Part shown: positions 1 through 13,106 of the stretch, piece by piece
Layout of the letters: each line of letters starts with the position of its first letter
Position numbering within the stretch: position 1 is the stretch's first letter
Assembly: GCA_964016885.1 (NCBI GenBank)
Contig: OZ024740.1
Coordinates: 441,502,001-441,566,000, forward strand
DNA: 64,000 bases
Source: Eledone cirrhosa
Taxonomy: Eukaryota
Reading direction: 5' to 3'
Position numbers and translations under genes: made by a program
Notes under the pieces: model-generated
What the model saw: the letters and a program-made list of their open reading frames with translations, nothing else
Databases searched by the model: none
What the model was told of the DNA's origin: nothing

Positions 1-1602
1 CTCCAGTCTATAAATAAATTGACTAACAACACACCCAATGTCGCATAACTCCAGTCTATAAATAAATTGACTAACAACACACCCAATGTCGCATAACTCC
101 AGTCTATAAATAAATTGACTAACAACACACCCAATGTCGCATAATACCAGTCTATAAATAAATTGACTAACAACACATCCAGCGTCACATAACTCCAGTC
201 TATAAATAAATTGACTAACAACACACCCAATGTCGCATAACTCCAGTCTATAAATAAATTGACTAACAACACATCCAGTGTCACATAACTCCAGTCTATT
301 AATAAATTGACTAACAACACATCCAATGTCACATAACTCCAGTCTATTAATAAATTGACTAACAACACATCCAGTGTCACATAACTCCAGTCTATAAATA
401 AATTGACTAACAACACATCCAGTGTCGCATAACTCCAGTCTATAAATAAATTGACTAACAACACACCCAATGTCGCATAACTCCAGTCTATAAATAAATT
501 GACTAACAACACACCCAATGTCGCATAACTCCAGTCTATTAATAAATTGACTAACAACACATCCAGTGTCACATAACTCCAGTCTATAAATAAATTGACT
601 AACAACACATCCAGTGTCACATAACTCCAGTCTATAAATAAATTGACTAACAACACACCCAATGTCGCATAACTCCAGTCTATAAATAAATTGACTAACA
701 ACACACCCAATGTCGCATAACTCCAGTCTATAAATAAATTGACTAACAACACACCCAATGTCGCATAACTCCAGTCTATTAATAAATTGACTAACAACAC
801 ACCCAATGTCGCATAACTCCAGTCTATAAATAAATTGACTAACAACACACCCAATGTCGCATAACTCCAGTCTATTAATAAATTGACTAACAACACACCC
901 AATGTCGCATAACTCCAGTCTATTAATAAATTGACTAACAACACACCCAATGTCGCATAACTCAAGTCTATTAATAAATTGACTAACAACACACCCAATG
1001 TCGCATAACTCCAGTCTATAAATAAATTGACTAACAACACATCCAGTGTCACATAACTCCAGTCTATAAATAAATTGACTAACAACACATCCAGTGTCGC
1101 ATAACTCCAGTCTATAAATAAATTGACTAACAACACACCCAATGTCGCATAACTCCAGTCTATAAATAAATTGACTAACAACACATCCAGTGTCACATAA
1201 CTCCAGTCTATAAATAAATTGACTAACAACACATCCAGTGTCACATAACTCCAGTCTATAAATAAATTGACTAACAACACATCCAGTGTCACATAACTCC
1301 AGTCTATAAATAAATTGACTAACAACACATCCAGTGTCACATAACTCCAGTCTATAAATAAATTGACTAACAACACATCCAGTGTCACATAACTCCAGTC
1401 TATAAATAAATTGACTAACAACACATCCAGTGTCACATAACTCCAGTCTATAAATAAATTGACTAACAACACATCCAGTGTCACATAACTCCAGTCTATA
1501 AATAAATTGACTAACAACACATCCAGTGTCACATAACTCCAGTCTATAAATAAATTGACTAACAACACATCCAGTGTCACATAACTCCAGTCTATTAATA
1601 AA
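1..1602. repeat. 48-bp tandem minisatellite, about 33 copies, open at window start
   Basis: Unit ctccagtctataaataaattgactaacaacacacccaatgtcgcataa; two main variants (acccaatgtcgc / atccagtgtcac). Confidence 0.97.
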
Positions 1603-2072
1603 TCAAATATTTAATGTATTATACCTAACTAACAATATTTAATATATTACATATTTCTACCAAATACTCTTGCCTATATAATCAGCATTTATAACGTGTA
1701 TATGAAATATCCCAAGTTCTCGGAGTGGCCCACTTATCAGCCATGATGTAATGATTACATGTGCTAAACTCTCTATTGCTAACATAACTCAATCTCTAAT
1801 TAAATATACAAATTAATTAATTTTATATTCAAATATCAAACATAGAAACTAGGTACAATAATTTTTCATATTTTCAACTGGTTTACATTTCTCAATAAAA
1901 TTGATATTTTCTTCCTTTTTTGTAGGGGGCGCCATGTTGACATAGAGCGTCTCTAGAGCATTCTTCAAAATTTGGCGGAACCCATCTCCTCTCCAGGTCT
2001 GAATACAGCAGAATTCTTCCAGAGAAGGATAGAGAGAGTGAGAATGGAAGTGAGAAAGAGATATAGAGGTAG

Positions 2073-2234
2073 AATCGATCCCCAGTACTTGACTGCTTCT
2101 TTTTTTATTGACCTCGAATGGATGAAAGACAAAGTTGACTTCGGTGGTATTTGAACTGAAAGAGCAGAGAACCGGAAGGAATACCACAAAGAATTCTATC
2201 TCACGTTCTGACGACTCTGCTAATTCACTGCCTT
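2073..2234 (-). mobile_element. Diverged tRNA-derived SINE copy
   Basis: Reverse complement matches the 8083-8270 SINE (gttcaaat..ccgaagtcaactttgtctttcatcc..). Confidence 0.75.
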
Positions 2235-2333
2235 CATATTTACCATGTTTTAATAAAATTTTCAGACATAGTTTATATAGGACTACATTGTCAAAGTGTA
2301 TATAATGTATATTCTTAGTCAGTTAGAATGAAT

Positions 2334-2705
2334 CATATTTAACTGGGTGATGTCTAAAAACATCTGACTGATAAAATGACAAGTCAGTCAACCATATTGT
2401 TGGCCTCCCCACAGCCTCAGAGGACAGAATGGAGAAGGCATTTCCCCGGAGGACGGCAAGGGGGACGCGCTGGAAAAGCCATTCCAGGTCGCGAGGCTCA
2501 GACCTGCGTCTGGCCAGTTCAGCACCTATGGTGGTGAGTAGGGAGGTAGCCCTAGGGCTGAGGACACCATAAGTCTCCACTGCCAAGCGTACAACCGCAA
2601 ACCTGTCGGAGAGCGACCGGTATTTGAAGAGTTTGGTATTCTCAGCCCGACGTGCAGAGGAACCTGGGTTAGTTGCAGACTACACCAGGTTGCGGCTGTG
2701 GAAAG
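2334..2705 (-). mobile_element. CRE-clade non-LTR retrotransposon 3' fragment (restriction-like endonuclease C-terminus)
   Basis: KYRSL..AVETYGVLSP..WLFQRVPLAVLRGNA matches the RLE tail motif of CRE elements; second copy at 47950-48280. Confidence 0.75.
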
Positions 2706-2947
2706 TGAATTTCAATAAAATTATGTTATTGTATCTACCAATATATAGATTTCTGTTTCAATAAAATATACAAAAACAATACTATTTAACTATTTAACTA
2801 TAGCAGGTTCAGTCACCGTGTACAGCTTCCGTGTCTCACCATTTCAGTCAAGTATTGCTTCAACCTCTTTATTTTCCCCAATGTTTCAAATTTAGGGAAA
2901 TTGCCAAGATTAGAGATCAATAGTTCAATCACTAATTGTTATTTTAA

Positions 2948-3290
2948 TACAGTTTCAGGGACTATACATTATATTTCTCGGCTTATTTATTAGTTATACA
3001 GTTTCAGGGACTATACATTATATTTCTCGGCTTATTTATTACTTATACAGTTTCAGGGACTATACATTATATTTCTCGGCTTATTTATTACTTATACAGT
3101 TTCAGGACTATACATTATATTTCTCGGCTTATCCATTGCTTATACACTTTCAGGTCCTATACATTATATTTCTCGGCTTATCCATTGCTTATACAGTTTC
3201 AGGGACTATACATTATATTTCTTGGCTTATCCATTACTTATACAGTTTCAGGGCCTATACATTATATTTCTCGGCTTATCCATTACTTAT
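2948..3290. repeat. About 49-bp tandem repeat, 7 copies
   Basis: Unit tacagtttcagggactatacattatatttctcggcttatttattactta. Confidence 0.95.
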
Positions 3291-3721
3291 ATTTTCACTG
3301 ATTCCTTAAAAAACTATTCCTGGTTAACAAATTACTTTCTACAATATCTGATTCACTGAATGTTAATTTTATTCTTAGTTCACAAACTCTTACTCCTATC
3401 TCAATGAGCCTTTATGGATTTTGTTCCATATTTATATTTCTAAAATATTATTCTAAAAACAAACATCTTCCACCATTGCCAATTCTATAACCTATGCAAT
3501 AATTTGCACCAAGTTAAGACTTAAGTTTATCCCAATACTTTATAGATTGGTTTTGGCTAGCGAGGGGGCAATTTATATATATGTGACATTGAAACTACTG
3601 GCTCCTATTTGATCAATTCGGAAGAGATGAAATGTAAATGTAGATACCTGAAGAATTTGAACTCAAAAGAATATGATATAGAGTTGGTTACCAATTAGCA
3701 TCAAGTTAAACATTCTTGTAA

Positions 3722-4380
3722 AGCAGAGAATTGTCAGAGTTGTTAGAACGTCAGATAGAATGGTAGAGTGTTTAGAACGTCAGATAGAACGGTAGAGTTG
3801 TTAGAACGTCAGATAGAATGGTAGAGTGTTTAGAACGTCAGATAGAATGGTAGAGTGGTTAGAACGTCAGATAGAATGGTAGAGTGGTTAGAACGTCAGA
3901 TAGAATGGTAGAGTGTTTAGAACGTCAGATAGAACGGTAGAGTGGTTAGAACGTCAGATAGAATGGTAGTTGTTAGAACGTCAGATAGAATGGTAGAGTT
4001 GTTAGAACGTCAGATAGAATGGTAGAGTGGTTAGAACGTCAGATAGAATGGTAGAGTTGTTAGAACGTCAGATAGAATGGTAGAGTTGTTAGAACGTCAG
4101 ATAGAATGGTAGAGTGGTTAGAACGTCAGATAGAATGGTAGAGTGGTTAGAACGTCAGATAGAATGATAGTGGCTAGAACGTCAGATAGAATGGTAGTTG
4201 TTAGAACGTCAGATAGAATGGTAGAGTTGTTAGAACGTCAGATAGAATGGTAGAGTTGTTAGAACGTCAGATAGAATGGCAGTATTTGTTTCGGCTCTCT
4301 ACTCTCTGAGTTCAAATCCCACCGAGGTCAACTTTGCCTTTTAACCTTTCGAGGTCTAAAAAAGTACCAGTCTTGTACTG
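3722..4380 (+). mobile_element. SINE whose 5' head contains an expanded 29-bp tandem array
   Basis: After the array the SINE body resumes: ctgagttcaaatcccaccgaggtcaactttgcc...aagtaccagt. Confidence 0.8.
3736..4279. repeat. 29-bp minisatellite, about 19 copies
   Basis: Unit agagttgttagaacgtcagatagaatggt. Confidence 0.95.
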
Positions 4381-4844
4381 ATGTAGATTTTTCCTGTATA
4401 TCTCTTTCGCACTTCCTTTCGTTCACTCTCTTTCCTTCCCTAAACGAATTCTGCTGTGATCAGACCTGGAGAGGAGATTGGCTCCACACAAGTTCTAAAT
4501 ACTAAAAACTAGAAACAGCATATATCAATATGGCGCCCCTTTTAATCTCTCAGTAGTTACTCGTCCATACATACCTACAAGCATTCTTCTAGCAGAGTTA
4601 TTTCGATCGATTAATCTTGGTAATTATAAAATAACAAAACTATGGAGGAGGAGGAGATATGAGAAGAGAGTGAGCTATATTAATATATACATCCATTTGG
4701 AAAAAACACTACTGTGGTCTGAGAATTACCATCTTGAATGTGTTTCTGTGTTCATGTGTAAATAGAATAGTGTTTAGGGAGTCGTTCATTCTAAACGTTA
4801 GAGCTAAACACAAATGTCTAATTTAAAAAAACTTGACAGTTGAA

Positions 4845-4990
4845 AATAGCTGACCTCATCCATGAAATCGGAATGACAACAGCCCGTCTGAGGAATCCCG
4901 CAAAGTGGGGTGGCTATTGGACCGGGTGTCGCTGGTCATTGTCCGTGGAAATGCCTTTGTCATGTTATCCACGGGACGCAGCTGAAACAC
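4845..4990 (+). mobile_element. Frameshifted CRE-clade RLE C-terminal fragment
   Basis: LIHEIG... then, in another frame, VGWLLDRVSLVIVRGNAFVMLS, homologous to the 2334-2705 peptide. Confidence 0.6.
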
Positions 4991-5511
4991 CACTCTGGCC
5001 TAGGTGTCGCCCTCTCTCCTTCCCCCTTTCTTTCTTCGTTGCCCTTTCCCTCTTTTTTCCCTCATTTATGGCATTTATAGTCCTTTCCAATGCTGCTAGC
5101 TGTTTCTGTTAATGGTTCGCCACCTCCACTAATTAATCTTTTCAGATTTTTCCAACCATCCCACCACCCTCTCCCCTCTCATTAAACTTTGCTAATCTAT
5201 CTCCGGCGAAATTTTATTTTAAGTTGTAGCATTATTGTGATATTTAGTTTTCTTTAGGCATTAAAAAAAAAACATTATACATGAGAAAAAAAAGTAGATT
5301 ACTAGAAATTCCATATGTTATAAAATACATAGGATGGGTTGGGGTCTCAATATGTAAACTAAACGACTAATTCTGGTTTTTAAAAAGAAATCAACGGAGA
5401 CAACCTAGAAAAATTATCATTCAAACACTTGGCGATAAACTGGGTATTTAATTTCGAAGACAAAGCCGAGTACCCTGCTAATATATATATTTATATACAT
5501 ATATATATATT

Positions 5512-5590
<79 letters not shown>

Positions 5591-5665
5591 GATAAACAGA
5601 AATAACAAAGCAAACGACACGTTAAAGAATACATTAGTTTAACGCTTGAAATAGCAGTTAGAGTG

Positions 5666-5701
5666 TCTTAACGTTTTGGACACTGGTCCTTCATTAGAAG
5701 A
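5666..5701 (-). ncRNA. Degenerate minimal hammerhead ribozyme
   Basis: TCTT-CTAATGA-A-GGAC cagt GTCC-AAAA-CG-TT-AAGA; stems intact, two core G-to-A changes. Confidence 0.6.
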
Positions 5702-5909
5702 TAGTGTTAGAAATAGAAGATAAAATAGAAAGTAAAGAGAGAGGAGGAAGGAACAAGGGGGGGGGGGGGGGTAAAAAAGGGAGAAAAAAAGCGTACGTAA
5801 TCCTGTAGCACCCTGTCCTGTACCGTCCTGTACCACTCTGTACTACCCTCTACCGTCCTGTGCTGTCCTCTGCTGTTCTTATGTCAACCTGCGTGCTTAA
5901 TAAAGAAAG

Positions 5910-5960
<51 letters not shown>

Positions 5961-5961
<1 letters not shown>

Positions 5962-8017
5962 GGTTGGGGAGGCGCAAACTTACGCAATCCCAGCCAGGTC
6001 CATACACGACAATCTCCACCTCATGTGATACATCATAAAGAGGGTAGGGTGTAAACCTGGCTTCGGTGGGGCACTGATCAATTTAGATCAATCGAAAGCA
6101 TTCGATAGGGTCGACCATCGGTATCTGGAGTTTGTCCTCAAAGCAGCTGGCTTCGGCCCTGTCTTCAGAAGCTGGATCGCTGCAATGCACAGCGGTACAC
6201 GCTCGGTGGTCAAGGTTAATGGCCACCTCTCGGAAACATTTCGGCTCTCCCGATCGGTCCGTCAAGGGTGCCCTCTCTCTTCCCTTCTGTACGTATTGAC
6301 TCTCGAACCTTTACTGCGGAAGCTGGAGTTGTTGCGGGGCATCCCGCTCGAACCGGGATGTGGAAAGGCGGTGTCGGCTTATGCGGACGACATCACCGTG
6401 ATGGTGTCGAACACCTCAGAAATCGAGGTGGTCGGCACCTTATTGAAGGAATATGAAAGGTTGACAGGACCAAACTTAACCCGGAAAAGTCGGTGGGCTT
6501 GCAGCTCCGAACCTGGAGAGGTAAGCCCATGCCGTCCAACAGTGGCGTGGGGCGCTGGACGGACGGACCGGTAAAGTTGCTCGGGGCTTGGTTCGGACCG
6601 GACCTCCAGGTGGAATAGAATTGGGACGAGGTAACGAGCAGAGTAGCCAGTCTCACCCATAAATGGGCTGGAAGGAAGCTATCACTGAAAGGTCGCGCGG
6701 AGGTGGCGAATGCGTACATCGCGTCCGTCATCTACTACCGCCTGACCGTCGTGCCTTGCCTCCGTCCGCGCCTCGTCAAGTTGGAACGGCTCCTCTTCAA
6801 ATTCTTGTGGAGAGGACAAGTTCCGTTGGTGAGGCGGTCCATCTGCTGCCAGCACCCTCTACGCGGAGGGCTGGGCATGCCGTGGCTAATGATGCGCATA
6901 CATGCGTTGAGGCTGCGACATCTCCCGATATTCTGCCTCAACGGTGAACAGGTGTGGTCACCGTTTATCAGACGGGCCTTTCCGCAGCTCATTTCTTTGA
7001 CTGAGCTGCAGTCCTGGGTCAAGAAGAGATCAAGACTGGGTGACTGGCACCTGGAATGTTGCCAGGCACTCACTGCCCACTACCAAGCGGGCAATGCAAT
7101 CAGTGGAACTTCCACTCTCGAGTACTATAGAGGATTAGTGGTGGGCAAGTGCGATGATGCACTCGGAGAAGCTTTGGACCTCGACGAAGTCGAACTGACC
7201 AGTCTGTACCGGAGTATTTTAAGCCGGGGACGATGGACAATTTCCAGAAATCCCTCGCTTGGCAGTGCTACCGGGGGGCACTGCCGGTTCGGCATAAATT
7301 CTACAGGCACGGAAATGCTGTCAGGCGGACCTGCCCAAGATTCGCACAGAAAGACGAAACCGTTCTGCACGCACTTGCCCAATGTCTGTGCATTACTGAC
7401 TTGTGGAGTTATGTCGAACAGCTACTGTCGCGTGTGGAACGAATCCGGCTATCGGCCGAGTCCATAGTGAAGATCGATCCACCGCCTTCCATAGGTCAGG
7501 AAGAGCAGGAAATTTTCCTCTGTCTGGTGGCAGTTGCGAAAGAGGTTATATGGTGGACCAGGTTAAAAGGACTGAAGACAGACACTTTTCTCTTCGGCCA
7601 ATCCCTCATCAACTGGAAAGGAAGGTGAGGGTGGAGAGAGAGGTGCTGACCCCCCCCCCCCCCGTACATTTGCTAAAAGGTGGGTGAATGTGGCGAGAAT
7701 GGCTCGTGTGAATGGGCCTACTATGACCATGCGCCTATAGGCTAGCTAACTTGAGGAGAGGCGTGCTCTCCCTGGGTGCCCTAGAAGCGCAGGGTGGTTC
7801 AGGATTAGTGGGGTACCCGAGTCACCCCAGGGTCGTCCACCCCCTATCGAGGAATTTATTTTGTTATATTTATGCATAGTTTATTTTATATTTTTATATT
7901 TTCATTGTTAAATTAATCTTGCCATTGTGCACTTTTACTCGACCTTATTGTAAACCCCCACTGGCCCTGTCTTTGTATTGTCCCCTACATGTCGGCCCTT
8001 GTGGTTAATAAATGAAA

Positions 8018-8018
<1 letters not shown>
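5961..8018 (+). mobile_element. 5'-truncated Tx1/L1-clade LINE (RT and zf-RVT-like region, disrupted)
   Basis: LDQSKAFDRVDH, SVRQGCPLS, AYADD and C-terminal C..C..H..C motifs; frameshifts and stops; ends aataaatgaaatc(att)n; flanked by (ATT)n on both sides. Confidence 0.92.
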
Positions 8019-8069
<51 letters not shown>

Positions 8070-8082
8070 GATTATTGTTATT

Positions 8083-8270
8083 GGCCGGTGGATTGGCAGA
8101 ATCGGTAGAGGCCGGACGCCATGCTTTGCAGCAAAGAGTTATGGCCCTTTATGATCTGAGTTCAAATCCCGCCGAGGTTAACTTTGCCTTTCATCCTTAC
8201 GGGGTCGATAAAATAAAGTACCAGTAATACACTGAGTAATTGCTGGCCTTGTGCCAAAAGTAGAAACAAT
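8083..8270 (+). mobile_element. tRNA-derived SINE (best copy in window)
   Basis: A-box-like tggcagaatcgg, B-box-like gagttcaaatcc, body gaggttaactttgcctttcatcc..aaagtaccag, tail aaagtagaaacaa(tta)n; at least 8 copies or fragments in the window. Confidence 0.85.
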
Positions 8271-8357
8271 TATTATTATTGTTATTATTATTATTATTAA
8301 TCTGAAACAAAGCCATCGAATAGGACAGATATACCTTCGATACACACACACACACAC

Positions 8358-8410
<53 letters not shown>

Positions 8411-9634
8411 TATATATATATACATTCACATATGCATATAGATACATACACACACACACATACGCACATACACACACACGCACATATACATGTGTGTATG
8501 TGCGTGTGTGTGTATGTGTGTGTGTGTGCATGTTTGATGAAGGTCGTCACTCTCAACAATAGGGAATTCGGAAGCAGACTTTATTAATCGAAAATTTCTT
8601 AATCCTATAAACATCGTAGGTAAGTATGCATGTAAGAGTTACGTTCCCTTAACTCCACCTCTCACCTATGAATATACAATTCTTTTATTTCCTATCTTGA
8701 ATCTCGTGAGTATAGTCGACATTGCACCAGTGTGTCAAATATGAGACCCGGGTGTTTCTACAATTATCACCTATTTCCTTTCTTCTGTTCGAATTCTGTT
8801 CAAAGGATTTTCTCGTTATGCAGCAAAATATTTTTTTCTTATAAAAGTTGTAAAATAACCAGTTTTTCTATTGTTTCTGTTGAATAATTTATGATGCTTG
8901 ATGGCTTTGTATGAGTGTTTGTTGATTAAGGACTAGAATTGTTTTCGCTCAAAGGTTAGAAAGTTCTTCGTGAACGGAGGATTGAAGCAGGTCTTATTTC
9001 TATCCCTGGTACGTTTTTTATTTTGCTTGATTGTTTGTTTTTTTTGTGAAGGGGATGGGTTTCTTTTTCGCTTTTCCTTTTTTTGTAAATTTTTATTTGG
9101 TGGATTATACGCAAAAACGTTCAGAACAAACGTTATAACCTTCGTGGCAAAATAATTCCTCACTTTTATCAACAAACCTCATAAATTATTCAACGTGAAA
9201 AATAAAGGTCACTTATTCGTCCTCATCTATAATTTTTTTTTATATTTCCACTGCACAACAATGGAATTCTTGACAATACAAACATGACTAAAGTAGAGCT
9301 AAGCTTTAATTGTTGAACCACTGAATTGGGTCCCTTGGATAAACAGCACATGAGTTACAGCATCGTGTATTAAACCACCAAGCTGAAGAACGGTCGTACA
9401 TGTTTTTACATCGGCTAAACAGGAAACACGTTTAAAAACCGACTATAACAACATATGTACTCTTTCAGACATCATCACAAACGAAACACTACGTCGCTCT
9501 CGAAAGCAATTCTACAAAATCAAAATTAGTGAAACACTGAGAGTGTATGATCTATCTTCGAGAGGGTCACCTCAGTTATCGTTCATTAGAATTTATGTTT
9601 GACTAAAAAGTTTCATATCATAACTGTCACCAAT

Positions 9635-9870
9635 AATTGCTTCTGATTGAAGCACAAGGCCAATAATTTGGGTTGGGGACTCAAGGAAATCGACCCCAGT
9701 GTATTACTTATGCTTTATTTTATTAACCCAGTAAGGTGAAAAGATAAATCTAACCTCGATGGTATTTGAACTCAGAACGTAACGGGACGTAACATGAGTT
9801 ACGGCCCTTTACAGCCGTTTACGCAAAGCATGCACGACACGATCTACCAATGCTACCAATCCACCGCCCT
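9635..9870 (-). mobile_element. SINE copy
   Basis: Reverse complement of the same family. Confidence 0.8.
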
Positions 9871-9887
9871 AACAATAATGAACAGAA

Positions 9888-9922
<35 letters not shown>

Positions 9923-9963
9923 CGAAACATAAGTCAATTGCATGAGCTCATAATCCTTTATTT

Positions 9964-10019
9964 ACTGCTATATATACTTCGATGATAGCCATTGAATGGC
10001 TATGACCTCATCAGGCAGT
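9964..10019 (-). ncRNA. Type I hammerhead ribozyme motif
   Basis: ACTGC-CTGATGA-ggtcATAGCCA ttcaa TGGCTATcatc-GAAG-TATATA-TA-GCAGT; perfect stem I, A15.1 changed to G. Confidence 0.75.
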
Positions 10020-10664
10020 TAGTCAGTTCTTAGATATGCCAGCTCTGTGTGTATAGTGTTGATGGTATCAGAGCCTTGGGACATATGAGCTTGTTAGGAA
10101 TATTTTGATGTTGTCAGCAGGAATAGTCTTGATTCTCATTGGTCAGTTTGTAGATGGTAGTATGTTGGTATTTGACCTCAAAGAGGCAGGTGGTTCTGTA
10201 AGGTTCAAACCGTCAGGCAAGATGACAATAGTTCCACATGTTGATTTTCACAAAAGGCATTCTTGGTCAGGTATATTTTCAAATAAGGTTAATAGTATGA
10301 AATAGATACTACAGGTCATTCTTAAATTGAGGAATTTATGTGGAGTGGTGCTACTGAAAATTATGGTTGGAGTAGAAAGTTTACAAATAAAAAGGCTTAT
10401 GTAGGTTGGCTTGCACTACACTCACACCCATCCCCACAGACACACACACACATCCACACATACAAAAAGTGGGGTGGTAATACTTAATATAATGGTTAGA
10501 GTCCAATACCTAGATAGTTTAGAAAATTTAGAAATAAAGGGTTTATGCTGGTTCACTTGTACATACACTCACACCTACCCCCTCAAACACTCACACATCT
10601 ACACACACAAATCCATACAGGTGTGTTTATATATATATGCATGCATGCATGTACGCACAAGTAT

Positions 10665-10717
<53 letters not shown>

Positions 10718-11132
10718 ACATACCTATATATAAAATATATACATACAACAATATAAAAAATATATATATATACATAGAATACACACACACACAAAATATA
10801 TACACACGTAAAACATATATATATGAAAAAATACAGACACACATACACACATATATATATAAAATATATACATACAGATACGCACACATATAAAAAATAC
10901 ACATACATACACATATAAAATACACATATATATACACATGATACATATATACATATATATATAAAATCAGGTTCAATAAAACATTGTTTAGATAACTCCT
11001 AACCAGTAGAGGATCCGGTGGACCATCCACCATAAGGACCGCAAACCATGGGTGGTTGTTGTTGTCTATTGGTCATTGGTACGGGGTGTAGGGGACCTAC
11101 CGGCGGGGCTTGTGGGAGGCCGTAACCGGGGT

Positions 11133-12074
11133 TTATCCATATATCTTGAGGAAAGTTTCCGTCCTTAGGTGTCTGCAGGCACCGAATAAGTCGGCCCTTC
11201 TGTTTAATAGCTTGGTTCCGCCATGAAGAATCTCGAGTGTCTCACTAAGACAGAGGTTGCAAATACCAGACCCGCCTATGTCTGGGGGAACCTTTCTAAC
11301 CACGGACCAGACCAGAGAGTGCGGGGTCTTTTCAAGTTTCAGCTTCCAGATCAGTTCAGAAAGGGCCGTACATTTCCTCTTATCTATTCTGTTAAAGGAA
11401 TTGCGATGGTTATACCACCGAGCTTTGAAGCTCGTCGCTGTGGATCCTATGTAGTGGTGCTCCGAGTTAGGGGTTGTGACATTGCACCTGTAGACCACGT
11501 TTTTGGTCATGCATTCATTACTAAGGGGGCATAGCGATGGGTCTCTGCAATTACATGACTTCTTAAGCCCCACCACATGTACCGCGTGGTTAGCATCACT
11601 CGAGGTTGGCTGGGTAGCCTCCGCAATCAGCACAGGGTCGTTGAGTTCCGGTGTGCTAGTTGGGCCTGTCCCGGTTCCGATGCGTCCCGCGTGCTGGTTC
11701 TGTTGGGTGGCTCCGGGGTTTACGGTGGTATTAGAGGCAGTGAGCCTATTCCTATTTATGCCAGCTATGTGCTGGGCTATGGAGCGTGTAGTTGAGTAGG
11801 AAAGTTTCACCGTGTGCCTGTTGAATATTTTATGGTACTTATGGGCCCTAGGAAAACATTTATCCAGTACTCTAAAGAATGTTCTAGCAAGGCTGGTACG
11901 TAGACCCACTGAGTACGGAGGGTTATACCATGTAACTTTCATGGTCCTATTCTTGCGGGGTTGTTGGGTGTTCGCCGTGGGCCATCGCGTGGTTGTGCAC
12001 AGCTCAGGTCGAGCTCGGTTGGTGTCACTTGGGTGTGCGGAGCGGTCACTATCATGAGGGTTATATAGGCCCAC
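11133..12074 (-). pseudogene. PLE linker plus GIY-YIG endonuclease
   Basis: WYNPPYS, KIFNRHTVKLSYS, CNC..CPL..C, VVYRC..YIGST..FKARWYNH, LIWKLK, CNLCLSE, CRH. Confidence 0.9.
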
Positions 12075-12331
12075 CGTGGGGCTATAAACCTGCGAGGTGC
12101 GGCCTTCCTTCTCAATTAGGATTCGGCGGGTGGTGGGGCCGGTGCAGGGGTGCCTATGCTCCCAGCACAGTGGTCTTCAGCGTTGTAGGTATTAGACCGG
12201 TGGTGTATACGGGACCTTCTACCGGGTGTGGAGACGGATAGGGGTCTGGGAGTGTTACTATCGGTCATCGAGGTATTAGGTGGGCGACTCATGCCCCTGA
12301 GGGTATTGGTCCGGGGTGCCCTTGGGTCATA

Positions 12332-12946
12332 TCAATCATGTCCCTTAGGGTTATAGCTGATCCTATCGCTGTGGAACGCCTTAGCTAGAGCTGAGTTATA
12401 GTAGTCAGCGTTACTATTGAAGATCTCGTCATTGGCTGACAAGTTAAACATCCTGTCAGAGACACTCTTAACTACGGCCTTAACTATAGATCTAGGGTGG
12501 TTAGACTCAGCGTTGATATACACCAGCTTCTCATTGGGTTTATGATATGTGTGGTGTAGCTTGGTGTTAAGGTTGAGGGTGGTGTCCAGGAAATTCACTA
12601 GTTTTCTATTGGGTTCCATCTCTACCTTAAGTCCTACCTTGCTAAAGAAGTGCCTAATTCTCCTCTTCATATTTTCGACCATTGTGGTGCTGTGGTCCAC
12701 TACGGTGAAGAGTGTGTCGTCTCGGTACAGCCCGCCGCCCAGGTTGGGTATTTCTCTCCTGATCTCGTAGAATATGTATATCCCAACCAAGTCCGTTAGC
12801 TGCGCGGAGTCACTGGAGCCCATTGCAATGTCAAAATTATTTGGCCAGTCGCTCCGGGTCCATATATCCCCACCGAATCGGATCAGGGTCTTTCTGGCGC
12901 CGTGTATGATTCGGACCTCGTCGCGTGTTAGGTCTGTCCTATTCAT
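12332..12946 (-). pseudogene. PLE reverse transcriptase fragment
   Basis: FDIAMGSSDSAQLTDLVG, GLYRDD, VNFLDTTLNL, YINAESNHP. Confidence 0.9.
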
Positions 12947-13029
12947 CGCGCGAATATGAGTGCTTTGTTCAGGACTATGGGCGAGATAGAGGAGTAGTAA
13001 TTATATATATATATAATTATATATATATA

Positions 13030-13104
<75 letters not shown>

Positions 13105-13106
<2 letters not shown>

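Larger units (their letters stand above)
9919..13000 (-). mobile_element. 5'-truncated Penelope-like element (Naiad-type) between (TA)n tracts
   Basis: RT and GIY-YIG ORFs plus an HHR near the 3' end; continuity across the TA-rich 10620-10960 segment is inferred. Confidence 0.8.

Noticed and set aside
1-1602. CRISPR-like regular array
   Set aside because: No unique spacers and no cas genes; plain tandem repeat in eukaryotic DNA
8534-8600. TTGATGA...CGAAA possible hammerhead
   Set aside because: Could not build convincing stems I-III
8790-9290. Possible old inverted-repeat element
   Set aside because: Only short patches (gttgaataatttatga) align; ends not definable by eye
12332-12334. In-frame TGA after the Naiad-type RT as possible selenocysteine
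   Set aside because: Not at a conserved Cys position, followed by a TAA and a frame change before the endonuclease; ordinary decay is simpler
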